DNA from: an uncultured delta proteobacterium
GTDB taxonomy: Bacteria; Desulfobacterota; Binatia; UBA9968
Direction: 5' to 3'
Length of the DNA stretch: 64,000 nt
Assembly: GCA_963804165.1 (NCBI GenBank)
Contig: CAWDPO010000004.1
Coordinates: forward strand, 1-64,000
Shown: positions 22,083-33,320 of the stretch, one piece after another
How positions within the stretch are numbered: position 1 is the stretch's first letter
Layout of the letters: every line of letters starts with the position of its first letter
Position numbers and translations under genes: made by a program
Notes under the pieces: model-generated
Told to the model about the DNA's origin: nothing
The model's database searches: none
Seen by the model: the letters and a program-made list of their open reading frames with translations, nothing else

Positions 22083-22849
22083 ATTTTCAATGCCGCCTTG
22101 GGTATGGCGGCATTGCCGGCAAGTCTTATCGCAGGACTTTTGTGGGACTGGTACGGTCCGGCCGCGCCTTTCCTCTTCGGAGCCGCGTTCGCAGTTCTGG
22201 CGAATCGGTTTGCTGCTAATTCGCTCCGCCGGCATGCATGTTAGGCACCGATCTGCTCTGTGCCGCTTCTGTAGAAACGGATTTGGACTCTCTCCAGAGT
22301 CGCCAATCCCTCTCGAATAGCGCCATCGACGGCAGGAAGGAACGCTTCGATTTTTTCCAGGCTGTCAACGATCTCGACAACGATCGGGAGATCCGTCGAT
22401 AAGCGTAAAATCTTCGCGGTGTGAACCCGGCTATGAGCGCCAAATCCTTCTAGCCCGCGTAGAACTGTTGCTCCAGCCAGTCCTTGCTCCCTGGCTTTCC
22501 GTACAATCCATTCGTAAAGAGCCATACCTTCGTGTTTGTCGCTCTCGCCGATAAAAATCCGCAGCAGAGAGCCCTCTTTAGGAAGTACCATATTGACCTC
22601 ACATGAGACGCGCTAAAGTATGGCCAAACCACACGCCCACGAGTCCGAGGATCAGCTGGGCAAGTATGTTAACGGCGGCAGCCAGATTTTGAGTGTCGCG
22701 CGCCAGCGAAAAGGTTTCGTACGCAAACGACGAGAAGGTCGTGAATCCTCCAAGCACGCCGATAAAAAGGAATAGGCGAACCTCAGGGCCGAATACAGAC
22801 CGATTTTCCGCCAGCCCCGAGAGGAAACCTATCAACAAACAACCCACGC
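22083..22849. repeat. Direct repeat copy 2 (MFS 3' fragment + DUF190 + crcB)
   Basis: Aligns with 18342-19172 and begins 2 bp after the IS1 right IR. Confidence 0.92.
22241..22591 (-). CDS. DUF190 (PII-like) protein, copy 2
   Basis: Near-identical to 18564-18914. Confidence 0.92.
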   Translation of the reverse strand: MVLPKEGSLLRIFIGESDKHEGMALYEWIVRKAREQGLAGATVLRGLEGFGAHSRVHTAKILRLSTDLPIVVEIVDSLEKIEAFLPAVDGAIREGLATLERVQIRFYRSGTEQIGA

Positions 22850-22976
22850 CGTTGATGACCAATGTTCCATAAGGGAACCAGGCGTTGTTCGATAAGTTAT
22901 GTACCCAGCCGCCAACAGCGTAACGGAGTATAGATCCAAGGAATCCTCCGGCTCCTACCAAAAACACTTGCAGCAT
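22599..22976 (-). CDS. crcB: Fluoride efflux channel Fluc/CrcB
   Basis: GAGGFLGSILRY, FPYGTLVIN, GVLGGFTTFSSF. Confidence 0.96.
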   Translation of the reverse strand: MLQVFLVGAGGFLGSILRYAVGGWVHNLSNNAWFPYGTLVINGVGCLLIGFLSGLAENRSVFGPEVRLFLFIGVLGGFTTFSSFAYETFSLARDTQNLAAAVNILAQLILGLVGVWFGHTLARLM

Positions 22977-23003
22977 GTGCTCTCAAATCCTCCCGATCGC
23001 GCC

Positions 23004-23042
23004 AAACAAAAAACCCCTACATCATGTTACATGAAGTAGGGG
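23004..23042 (-). terminator. Intrinsic terminator forming the riboswitch expression platform
   Basis: Minus strand CCCCTACTTCATG-TAA-CATGATGTAGGGG followed by TTTTTTGTTT; the 5' arm overlaps the aptamer 3' end. Confidence 0.85.
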
Positions 23043-23093
23043 TCATCAATCCGCCCGATGCGAATGGTTTAACTGGCGAACCCCATCGCCGTT
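23035..23093 (-). ncRNA. Fluoride riboswitch (crcB motif)
   Basis: Minus strand GGCGATGGGGTTCGCC-AGTT-AAACC...TGATGACCCCTAC directly upstream of crcB. Confidence 0.95.
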
Positions 23094-23673
23094 ATATTTA
23101 ATAGGGTAATACGTTGAGTGGTGGTTTCTGTCAAGCTGACGCGGAGCCGGTCTTTATTTACGGTCGAAGCTCCGATGTTTCGGACGAGGAGTCAGGAACG
23201 GCTCTCGCGAAGCGCGTTTACAATCGCCTTGCTGATTCTTGACGATGGCGGATTCATTACAGAACAATTTACCATCCGGCAGCTGTTTCGGATGAAATAT
23301 AATTATTGGTGGGCCACTGCGTGCAATTAGTGAAGAGGATGCCACGTGTCGCTGACCAATTTTTTTCGATATTCGGTGTCCAAAGTATCCGCGAGTTTAA
23401 GCTGTTTTTTGAGATATCAATCGGTTTATAGGTAGTTCAGTTGTGGGTCAACCAGGTTTTCGTAAAAACTTCAAAAAATATTTTGTTTTAAACTTCCAAC
23501 ATGACCGGCTCCGCAAAGGTATCTAAAGCCTAGTCAAGATAGCAATCACCAAATTCTGTGATGTCCTGCACAGTGAGTTTGGTTCTGCGATCTTTCCACG
23601 AGAGCCAGCGAACAGCCAGCGCGCGTTGCTTTGTAACCCAGCATGGGTTAGCAATCAGATACGGTGTTTTCAA

Positions 23674-24015
23674 ATGTTGGCTCACCAGAAAAATGAAAAA
23701 GATCAACGTCCGCCAAGGCGGACGGTTTCATACCTTCTTTTGTTGCTGACTTTTCTTTGGGCTTTCATTGGCACCATTGACGGGCCTGCCGTGAACTTTG
23801 GCATCGCCAGTGGTTCAGTCGTTTTCAAAGTACCCAAAGCCTTAGACTGGGAACATGGCGTCCAGCCTGGGCCGCTCTGGTTCGAAGCATGTCCGGACGA
23901 GCCCCCGCCGGTTCATGCATCTTTCTTGTTGTTCGACTTCAAACAGAACCTTCGTCGCTGGCCGAATGTAGCCTGCGATATCAGCCGCTCGCCGCCTTTT
24001 TATCTCGCGATATAA
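23674..24015 (+). CDS. Putative leader peptide with an export signal and C-terminal RSPP
   Basis: Basic then hydrophobic N-terminus (RRTVSYLLLLLTFLWAFIG); ends CDISRSPPFYLAI*; lies upstream of the antiporter. Confidence 0.6.
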   Translation: MLAHQKNEKDQRPPRRTVSYLLLLLTFLWAFIGTIDGPAVNFGIASGSVVFKVPKALDWEHGVQPGPLWFEACPDEPPPVHASFLLFDFKQNLRRWPNVACDISRSPPFYLAI

Positions 24016-24162
24016 GACTCCGTCGATTAATTCCCCTAATTTGAATCGTCCGACTGCCGCATCGGTGCTTTTTGATAATCTCGCACTGATCCCGGAGTTC
24101 GGTCGGGCAATTGTTACGAAGTGCGCGCACCCCGCGTCACGCTTCAGCCATGGAGTTACTTT

Positions 24163-25302
24163 ATGCGACGAGTGATCATTTACAGTCTTCTGCTGATTGG
24201 CGGCATGGGATTATCCCAGCTAGCCTTTGTCCAATTGTTCAGCGCGGCAATTGCCACACTCACAATGATTTTCCTTGCCTACATCATGATCGAAGTGGGC
24301 ATGGAGTTCGATATCGATAAGTCACGCTTGAGCTCGTACGCGGTCGACTACGGTATCGCCATGGGCGCCGCGGCGATACCGTGGCTCTGCGCCGCTTTTT
24401 ATTTCTGGTGGTTCTTTAATCTGGGTTTCAAAGAATCATTATTGGTTGGACGTTTTGCCTCACCGACTTCGGCTGGGATCCTGTTCACCATGCTCGCCGC
24501 CGCGGGCCTGGCGGCAACCTGGCTTTACAAAAAGGCGCGCGTGCTGGCGATCTTCGACGATCTCGACACGGTGCTGCTGATGATTCCGCTCAAGATGATG
24601 CTCATCGGCTTTGAGCCCAAGCTGCTCGTTCTGGTTCTTGCGGTATTTCTGTTTCTGGCCGCAGCCTACTTTTGCATTCACTGGTTACGCGTGCCGACGA
24701 GCAACGGGTGGATCGCCTTATACGCTTTACTGGTGTGGGGCGCGACCTATGCGTTCGACTATGCGACCGACTTGCACTTGGAAGTCTTGGTGCCGGCGTT
24801 TGCACTCGGTTGCGTGATCAAGTCCGATCATCTGCATGGCTCGGCGGAGTACGCTGCCGCGGGCACGAAGCCCGGCGCTCAGGAACCAGCCGGCCAAGCC
24901 ATTCTCGACTGGGGCATCAAAGGGGGATTCATGCTGCTTGCGGGCATGGCTCTCCCGCCGATTCAATTGGGCGGGATGGGAATAGCCGCAGTTGCTTCCC
25001 ACGTGGTGCTGCTCACCATCGTGAGTAACATGGGGAAGTGCTTGCCCATGGCTGCTTATAAAAACGAAGCGACCTTGCGTGAACGATTGGCGCTCAGCAT
25101 CGGCATGTTCCCGCGTGGCGAAGTAGGCATCGGCGTGCTGTTGGTTTCTCTGGAAATCTTTCGCCAGCAGAACATGCTCGATTCACCCGCCGTACAGCAA
25201 AGCATGACCATCGGCGCGCTTAGCTTGGCGCTAAACCTGGCGCTGACCGGAGTGTTTATCATGATGGTGATACGATTGTTGAAAAAGCCACAGCGCTTCT
25301 AA
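24163..25302 (+). CDS. Cation:proton antiporter (Na+/H+ exchanger family)
   Basis: IMIEVGMEF, PTSAGILFTML, LAIFDDLD, GMFPRGEVG. Confidence 0.88.
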   Translation: MRRVIIYSLLLIGGMGLSQLAFVQLFSAAIATLTMIFLAYIMIEVGMEFDIDKSRLSSYAVDYGIAMGAAAIPWLCAAFYFWWFFNLGFKESLLVGRFASPTSAGILFTMLAAAGLAATWLYKKARVLAIFDDLDTVLLMIPLKMMLIGFEPKLLVLVLAVFLFLAAAYFCIHWLRVPTSNGWIALYALLVWGATYAFDYATDLHLEVLVPAFALGCVIKSDHLHGSAEYAAAGTKPGAQEPAGQAILDWGIKGGFMLLAGMALPPIQLGGMGIAAVASHVVLLTIVSNMGKCLPMAAYKNEATLRERLALSIGMFPRGEVGIGVLLVSLEIFRQQNMLDSPAVQQSMTIGALSLALNLALTGVFIMMVIRLLKKPQRF

Positions 25303-25393
25303 CGAACCGAGTTAGTACCCGGCGGATTCTGCCTCTCCGGGATGAAACATTCAGAACGACTTCGGTCCATCGATATTGAGCGCGGACAGTGCG

Positions 25394-26075
25394 TCACTTT
25401 GGGTTGGATAGCGTTTCAGACGGCTCGGCGATTAGCCAACGCACAAATAGTGTGGCCAATGCGCTGCCAAGCAGTTGGCCACCGACAAATAGCGGCACAC
25501 TGCGCGGAGAGATTCCAGCGAATGTATCGGTCATCGCGCGCGCGAACGTAACAGCGGGATTAGCAAATGAGGTCGAGGACGTAAACCAGTAGGCGCTTGT
25601 AATATAAGCTGCAACCGCCATAGGGATTGACTCTACTCGATATTTCGATGCAAGCAAAATTATCAGGACGAGGCCGAACGTCGCGACGACTTCGCCAAGG
25701 CCCTCGCCCAGTGTAGGGCGAATATGCGCTGAGACCTGAATGATCGGCAGTCCAAACATCGCGTGAGCTATGGCGACGCCAACGTAAGCTCCACAAATTT
25801 GTGCCGGCACTTAAACAATCCCATGTTGTGCCGAGAGGCGGCCATCCCAAATGCTCACCGCGGATACCACGGGATTAAAGTGCGCGCCTGAAACCGGTCC
25901 GAAAATGATGATCAACGCGTAGAGTCCTGCTCCGGTTGCGATAGAATTCGCGAGCAAGGCGATCGCCATGTTTCCTTGAAGCGAGCCGCTCTCCCATGAT
26001 CCCGGAACCCACCACGACCGCGAGCAGCAACGCGGTTCCGATCGCCTCCGCAGCAGCCGCCTTGCCGAGCGTCAC
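25394..26075 (-). CDS. MIP/aquaporin (ars-operon aquaglyceroporin type), frameshifted
   Basis: AEAIGTALLLAVVVGSGIMGERL, SGAHFNP, AYWFTSSTSFANPAVT; GTG start overlaps the stop of an arsC fragment. Confidence 0.85.
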
Positions 26076-26160
26076 TACGTGCGCCCGATCTCGTCGAGCT
26101 TTTCTTTGAGAGCAAGCTTGCTCAAGAGTGTCGAACGGCAGGTTGATAAAGATCGATATG
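26075..26160 (-). pseudogene. arsC: 3' fragment of arsC
   Basis: Nucleotide match to 31781-31869 (ISxFINLPFDTL...DEIGRT*). Confidence 0.8.
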
Positions 26161-26313
26161 AGAAAACTGATTCTGCTCACGGTTCTGAGCCTCGCCGCCG
26201 GTGCCCTGTTGATTGTCCTCCTAGATTGGCTTCTCTGGAAACAAATAGCGACCGGACGACTGACAACTACGGGTGCGCTTGACCGAATCTGGATTCAATC
26301 CACGTTGCAATGA
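26158..26313 (+). CDS. Small single-TM hypothetical protein
   Basis: MRKLILLTVLSLAAGALLIVLLDWLLWKQ...; ATGA-coupled to the antiporter. Confidence 0.4.
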   Translation: MRKLILLTVLSLAAGALLIVLLDWLLWKQIATGRLTTTGALDRIWIQSTLQ

Positions 26314-27190
26314 ACGATTACGTTGCTTTGAGCTTGGGTGTTGTATCCGCGGGCATCGGCGGGGAGCTTTTCGTTCGCGGCGCGGTCGGTCTCGCTTTTT
26401 GGGCTCAGGTTTCTCCGGGAATTATCGGTTCAACCGTTGCGGCATTCGCCACATCGAGTCCCGAATTGTCAGTCTCCATCAATGCCGCTATGGCTGGAAG
26501 ACCCGAGATCGCCCTTGGCGACGCCCTCGATCGTAACGTGGTGAATGTTTCCCTGATCCTCGCTGTTGCGTTTGTAATTTCTGGAATCCAAAGTCCTCGT
26601 GACAGCGTAAAACGAGATTTTTCTGTAGCGTTGTTGATTCTTCAATCACAGGCGTTCTATTTCTGGACGGCGAGCTTTCCAGAATTGACGGTTTATTGAT
26701 GTTGAGCATGTTCCTCGCTTGGTTAGTGGCGACGGTTATCGAGGTACAAAAACAACGAAGTGCTGCGGAGAAGGTCCTTGGAGAGCGGCGAGGGTGGTTG
26801 GCCGTTCTTTCGTGCGTCGCCGCCCTTGCTTTCCTTCTCGCTGCCGGAAATCTCATTGTCGTAGGCGCAAGAGGCATCGCTATTTCCCTTGGCATAAATA
26901 AATTCATTATCGGTGCGACTATTGTGGCGGTGGGCACCTCCGCGCCAGAACCTGCGACAACAGTGATTGCCATGCTTCGCGGACATGAGGAAGTTGGCCT
27001 GGGCACAATTCTTGGCAGCAATATCTTCAACGGCATTTTTATCACTGCCGTGGCGGCCATTATTCACCCCATAACTGTTGCGTGGCGTGACGTGGCTATT
27101 ACATAGGTCCTTGGTTTCCTGGCCTCGGCATTCGCTTTCCCCACGCCCAACGGTTTCATTGAACGAAGGCGGGGTGTATTGCTATCGGAG
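26310..27190 (+). CDS. Ca2+/Na+ antiporter (YrbG/CaCA family), frameshifted, 3' end uncertain
   Basis: Alpha repeats IGSTVAAFATSSPEL and IGATIVAVGTSAPE...GTILGSNIFN. Confidence 0.85.
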
Positions 27191-27673
27191 CGCCGCTCAG
27201 CCAGAGGTTCGTACCCGATCTTGGGCAGTCCCCATACTCGCCCTACGGCTCGCAGGATCGACAACTTGCGCAGGCTCAAAGTTGGTGATACGAAAAATTC
27301 CCCCACTAATGCGGGCCAGCTTGGGACCATGTTTTGCTTCGATTATGACAGCCGTACCCGAGAAGCCGTAGAACTCACCGAGTTTAACGATGCTGAAAAA
27401 AGTACGCGCTCAATACGAGAGACGACAAATCGAGCTAAACTTAACAAGACGTGGCTTACTTCTGTCGCGAGAGGTGGTATTAGCCCAAGCCGCCGACTTA
27501 ACTGCAGTGCGAACTTACCGGCGTATTTCCAGACCGCGGCCGTGCTCGTCGAAGACTGGATTAGTTCTAATCATCAACCCTTTTCGTATCGCACTTTGTT
27601 TAGCAGGTGTAGCGGTAACAATGAGCCGCTACATGACTTAGCTTCGCGATAGTTCAATAGGGCAACGTGATTC

Positions 27674-29053
27674 ATGCGCATCATTCAAAACAAATGGATC
27701 GTGCGGCTCGTCGGATTCGGGCTGTTTGTACTGCTGGCATCGAGCAGGATTGTCCTCACTGCGCAAACGCCGGTGGTTTACGTCGCGCCGATCGAGGGGA
27801 TGATCGATCTCGGGCTCGCGCCTTTCGTTCAGCGGGTTTTAACTGAAGCGACACAAGAAGGCGCGGCGGCGGTAATTCTCGAGATCAATACCTTCGGCGG
27901 TCGCGTCGACGCGGCTGTTCTTATCCGTGACGCTTTGCTGAATGCTCGGGTGCCGACCGTGGCCTTCATTAACAAGAGAGCCATATCCGCGGGCGCGCTC
28001 ATCAGTCTGGCTGCCGAGAAAATCGTCATGACCAACGGCGGCACGATTGGCGCCGCAACGCCGGTGCAAATGGGTCAACCCGGCGCGCCCGCGCAGCCGG
28101 TGGAGGAGAAAACCGTTTCCTATGTGCGAAAGGAGTTTCGCTCCACGGCCGAAGCGCGCAAGCGCCCGCCGCTTATCGCCGAGGCGATGGTGGATGCGGA
28201 CGTGCAGATTCCCGGTCTGATTGAAAAGGGCAAACTGCTGACCCTCACCACTGACGAAGCGCTAAAGCATAAGGTTGCGGATTTTCGCGCCGAGACCTTG
28301 GAGAGCGTACTGGAGCAGTTGGGTCTTGCGGGAGCACAGCCAAGACGTGTATCGCCCAACTGGGCGGAGGACCTTGTCCGCTTCCTGACCAATCCCATTG
28401 TCAGCTCTTTGCTCATGTCCGTCGGTATGCTCGGCATCTTCCTGGAAATCCGCACGCCAGGCTTTGGCCTACCGGGTGCGCTCGGAATCACGAGCCTCGC
28501 GCTTTTCTTCTGGGGCCATTGGTTGGTTCAGCTTGCGGGCTGGGAAGAGATGTTGCTTGTGGCGTCTGGTTTTGTGCTTCTGGTCTTAGAAATTTTTGTC
28601 ATTCCCGGCTTTGGTGTCGCCGGAGTCTTGGGGATTTGCGCGCTCCTCGCCGGTCTCAGCCTGAGCCTGATCGGTGGCGGCGCGACATGGGAGTTCGTCG
28701 CTATAGCGATGGGGCGAGTATTGATTTCAGTCTTCTCGGCCCTAGCGGCCAGCCTCTTGGTGCTGCGATATTTGCCGCGCCTGCCATTCGGGAGGCAGCT
28801 GATCCTCGAAACCGGCCTTGCCGCGGGCCAGGGGTATGCCTCGGCGCCGGAGAGCGATAACAGATGGCTTGGAAAACACGGAACGACGTTCTCGCCGCTA
28901 CGACCGGCGGGCATCGCAGAGATTGACGGTGAGCGTGTGGACGTCGTGTCCGACGGCGAATTTATCGATGTCGGTATGCCGATCGTAGTGACCCGCGTCG
29001 ATGGTAACCGGATTGTCGTTCGGCGACATCGCGCATCAACGGAAGGGAGTTAG
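27674..29053 (+). CDS. nfeD: NfeD family membrane-bound serine protease (YqeZ-like)
   Basis: [42 protein letters not shown]. Confidence 0.93.
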   Translation: MRIIQNKWIVRLVGFGLFVLLASSRIVLTAQTPVVYVAPIEGMIDLGLAPFVQRVLTEATQEGAAAVILEINTFGGRVDAAVLIRDALLNARVPTVAFINKRAISAGALISLAAEKIVMTNGGTIGAATPVQMGQPGAPAQPVEEKTVSYVRKEFRSTAEARKRPPLIAEAMVDADVQIPGLIEKGKLLTLTTDEALKHKVADFRAETLESVLEQLGLAGAQPRRVSPNWAEDLVRFLTNPIVSSLLMSVGMLGIFLEIRTPGFGLPGALGITSLALFFWGHWLVQLAGWEEMLLVASGFVLLVLEIFVIPGFGVAGVLGICALLAGLSLSLIGGGATWEFVAIAMGRVLISVFSALAASLLVLRYLPRLPFGRQLILETGLAAGQGYASAPESDNRWLGKHGTTFSPLRPAGIAEIDGERVDVVSDGEFIDVGMPIVVTRVDGNRIVVRRHRASTEGS

Positions 29054-29055
29054 CA

Positions 29056-30036
29056 ATGAGTGGATTTGAAACGGGGTTAACGGGAGGTTTCGCGCTGCTA
29101 TTGATGCTGATCGTGGGGTTGGTTTTTGTCTTGTACCTGGTTCCCATCCCGCTCTGGATTGCCGCTTGGGCATCGGGAGCATACGTCGGGCTCTTCACGC
29201 TCATCGGCATGCGCCTGCGCCGAGTGCCGCCCGGCACTGTGATTACGGCGCGGATCAGTTCGGTTAAGGCCGGATTAGATATTCCCCTCAATGATCTCGA
29301 AGCCCATTATTTGGCTGGCGGCAATGTCGTCAGGGTCGTGAACGCCATGATCTCCGCGGATAAGGCGAATATTCCTCTGGTGTTCAAGCGGGCCGCGGCC
29401 ATCGACCTGGCAGGGCGCGATGTCTTGGAAGCGGTAAAGATGTCGGTCATTCCGAAAGTTATAGAAACGCCGAAGATCGCAGCGATCGCCAAAAACGGCA
29501 TCCAGCTCATCGCGGTCTCTCGTGTTACTGTCCGCACGAATATTGACCGACTGGTGGGCGGCGCCGGCGAGGAGACCATCATTGCGCGGGTTGGAGAAGG
29601 CATGGTGAGCACCATCGGTTCCGCCGCATCGCACAAGGACGTGCTCGAAAATCCCGATCACATTTCCAAACACGTTCTGAGCAAAGGCTTGGACGCCGGG
29701 ACCGCCTACGAGATTCTTTCCATCGACATAGCCGACGTCGACGTGGGCGACAACATCGGCGCGAAGCTGCAAATCGATCAGGCCAACGCCGATAAGCAAA
29801 TTGCTCAGGCCAAGGCCGAGGAACGGCGCGCCATGGCCGTGGCTTTAGAACAGGAAATGCGGGCGCGCGTTGTCGAGGCGGAAGCAGAGGTGCCGCGGGC
29901 GATGGCGGAAGCGTTTCGCCAGGGCAATCTCGGCATCATGGATTACTACCGCATGAAAAACGTGCAAGCCGACACGTCGATGCGCGACGCCATCGCCGAA
30001 GGCGGCGACGATCCCTCGTCGGGGCAGAAACGGTAG
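29056..30036 (+). CDS. floA: Flotillin-like protein FloA (YqfA)
   Basis: [51 protein letters not shown]. Confidence 0.95.
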   Translation: MSGFETGLTGGFALLLMLIVGLVFVLYLVPIPLWIAAWASGAYVGLFTLIGMRLRRVPPGTVITARISSVKAGLDIPLNDLEAHYLAGGNVVRVVNAMISADKANIPLVFKRAAAIDLAGRDVLEAVKMSVIPKVIETPKIAAIAKNGIQLIAVSRVTVRTNIDRLVGGAGEETIIARVGEGMVSTIGSAASHKDVLENPDHISKHVLSKGLDAGTAYEILSIDIADVDVGDNIGAKLQIDQANADKQIAQAKAEERRAMAVALEQEMRARVVEAEAEVPRAMAEAFRQGNLGIMDYYRMKNVQADTSMRDAIAEGGDDPSSGQKR

Positions 30037-30045
30037 AGGACGGCA

Positions 30046-30390
30046 ATGAAAGATTTTAGCTTTGAACGGATCATTGTCCTGATTATTCTCATTCTGATAC
30101 CGGTGGCTAACTACGTCCTGGCGCGAATGCGACGGCGGTTCGAACCTCCAAGTTCGACGCGGCAGCCGATGCCCGATATGGGCATGCGCCGGCAAGCGGC
30201 GCCGGAGTCCGTGTCCCAATCTGCCGCTTACACCGAGCGCGCAAAGGCGCCGCCGCCAACCAGAACGATGTCGCTATCAAGCCGCCGTTGGTCCAGGCAA
30301 ACGTTGTTCAGAACCAGGCGCGACGTGCGGCGCACAATTGTTGCGATGACGATCCTGAGCCCGTGCCGCGCTTACGATCCGCCCGGTTAG
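30046..30390 (+). CDS. Hypothetical protein in the YqfB position
   Basis: N-terminal TM segment; C-terminal VRRTIVAMTILSPCRA resembles the YqfB-type tail; third gene of nfeD-floA. Confidence 0.65.
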   Translation: MKDFSFERIIVLIILILIPVANYVLARMRRRFEPPSSTRQPMPDMGMRRQAAPESVSQSAAYTERAKAPPPTRTMSLSSRRWSRQTLFRTRRDVRRTIVAMTILSPCRAYDPPG

Positions 30391-30622
30391 TCATACTCTG
30401 CGGAACTCACTGGAGGCGCAAGCTCGTAACCGGTTACTGACGCCGCCGCTTCTCGTGTTTGATTGGGTTTGCGCCAGATAGTGACTTGGCTCTCAACAGT
30501 ATCAGTCACTTGTCAGAGCTCCTCGAAGTGAACGTTATGCAAGCATTTGCGCCGAGTAAGCTCCAGGCGCGCTCGATAGGGGTTGAATTCAAGGCTGTAC
30601 GGGAGACTCTAAAAGGGATCGA

Positions 30623-31702
<1,080 letters not shown>

Positions 31703-31784
31703 CGGCTTACACCGCTTGGACCGCGAAGTTCAATGCGAGCGAACGTCAAAACGAACGTCGACGTGATGCCACAAAATAAAGTCA

Positions 31785-32282
31785 CTACGTGCGCCCGATC
31801 TCATCAAGTGTTTCTTTAAGCGCGAGCTTGTTCAATGTATCGAACGGCAGGTTGATAAACAGCGATATGCGCCGGTGCAGCTCCGTATACGCCTTGAGAA
31901 ATGCTTTCCGCTTGTCGTCATCGCTACCTTGAACCGCTGCTGGGTCGTGAACACCCCAGTGCGCGGTCATCGGCTGTCCGGGCCATACCGGGCATTGTTC
32001 TGCCGCCGCCTGATCGCACACAGTGAACACGAAATGCAGGAATGGCGCGCCGGGCCGGGAGAACTCGCTCCAGTCCTTGCTGCGCAGTCCCATGACAGCG
32101 AAACGGTTCCTTTCGATGAGCTCCAACGCGAGAGGATTTACGCTTCCGGCCGGATGACTCCCCGCACTGAAGGCTTTGAATTTAGGTTTTCCGAGGGAGT
32201 TAAGGATCGACTCGGCCATAATGCTGCGCGCCGAATTGCCGGTGCACAGAAACAGAACATTTAACGGGCCGTTGTCAGCCAT
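31785..32282 (-). CDS. arsC: Arsenate reductase ArsC (LMW-PTP fold)
   Basis: VLFLCTGNSARS, TVCDQAAAEQCPVWPG, HWGVHDP. Confidence 0.95.
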   Translation of the reverse strand: MADNGPLNVLFLCTGNSARSIMAESILNSLGKPKFKAFSAGSHPAGSVNPLALELIERNRFAVMGLRSKDWSEFSRPGAPFLHFVFTVCDQAAAEQCPVWPGQPMTAHWGVHDPAAVQGSDDDKRKAFLKAYTELHRRISLFINLPFDTLNKLALKETLDEIGRT

Positions 32283-32293
32283 GGTGATCTCCT

Positions 32294-32755
32294 TCAAGCG
32301 CAGCAAGCGCCGGATTTCGCAGATTCTGAAGAGAGCGTTGCTGAGGCGCCGCAACACGCGGTCCCTTCTGCCCTTTCCGTGTGGCCATAGACTGGAATGG
32401 AATCGAGCGTGTGAAACGTCTCCCAAGCGATGCCCTGTGGGTCGGTGATCCAATACTTGTCGGAGCGCGCGTAGCAACATTCCGAATTCGGCTGGTCGAG
32501 CGCGGCAATCTCGGCAGCTGCCACTTGCTCACGGAGCTTACTCAACTCCGTCTCCGACTCAACTTGCACGCCGAGATGATCCACGCCCGGTTTGATCCCC
32601 CGCTTCGAAATCGCGAAATTTATACGTGGATCGTCCATCATCCATTTTGCATAGTCCGGCTTGAGCACAGTGGGCGGCGCTCCGAACACGATGGAGTAAA
32701 ACCGAACATTGGCATCGAGATCTTCCACAGCTACGTGAACGTGAAAACGTTTCAT
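32294..32755 (-). CDS. ArsI/CadI family VOC metalloenzyme
   Basis: MKRFHVHVAV, DYAKWM, DHLGVQV, ECCYARSDKYWITDPQGIAWETF. Confidence 0.92.
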   Translation of the reverse strand: MKRFHVHVAVEDLDANVRFYSIVFGAPPTVLKPDYAKWMMDDPRINFAISKRGIKPGVDHLGVQVESETELSKLREQVAAAEIAALDQPNSECCYARSDKYWITDPQGIAWETFHTLDSIPVYGHTERAEGTACCGASATLSSESAKSGACCA

Positions 32756-32767
32756 GAATGCCTCCTT

Positions 32768-33127
32768 CTACGTTTGGGTTTCTCTTCTAGGGACACAGCA
32801 GCGTCCCAGCGCCGTCTCTACGACGGTGAGACACGCCTGCGGCATACCCTTACAGCAATTCTGCGTCAGATAAGTCATGAGCTCCGCCATCCGCTCGAAG
32901 TCTATGGCGTAATAGATAAATTGCTTTTCTTGTCGCGAAGACACCAGGCCGGAGCGGGCGAGTTCCTTCAAATGGAACGACAGCGTTGCGCCAGGGACAT
33001 CCAGCGTTTCTCCGATGCGGCCGGCGGCCACGCCTTCAGGTCCTGCCTCCACCAATAAACGAAAAATGGCGAGCCGCGTTTCCTGCGCCAGCGCGGCGAG
33101 CGCCGTTACAGCCGTCTTTATTTCCAT
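32768..33127 (-). CDS. arsR: ArsR/SmtB family repressor
   Basis: ALAQETRLAIFRLLV, TLSFHLKEL, C-terminal NCC. Confidence 0.95.
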   Translation of the reverse strand: MEIKTAVTALAALAQETRLAIFRLLVEAGPEGVAAGRIGETLDVPGATLSFHLKELARSGLVSSRQEKQFIYYAIDFERMAELMTYLTQNCCKGMPQACLTVVETALGRCCVPRRETQT

Positions 33128-33148
33128 ATTTCTAGTATCATCGAAATA
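33127..33148. promoter_or_regulatory. Putative ArsR operator
   Basis: Imperfect inverted repeat TATTTCTAG-TATC-ATCGAAATA abutting the arsR start codon. Confidence 0.6.
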
Positions 33149-33320
33149 ATGACCAGGTCAAGGGTTATTCTCTTGTGTGCGGCAAAACTGACAGCACCTG
33201 GATCACACGATTCGCTTTGTAGTCCTCCCGCAGTTACCAGAACTTCGCATGATTGTTATCCGTCGTTAACTCTTCGCTGCGAAGTAGGACCGTGCGCAAA
33301 ATTTTTTAAGGAGGAGACGC

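Noticed and set aside
27179-27652. ORFs between the antiporter and nfeD
   Set aside because: No recognisable motifs or RBS; probably spurious or decayed sequence.
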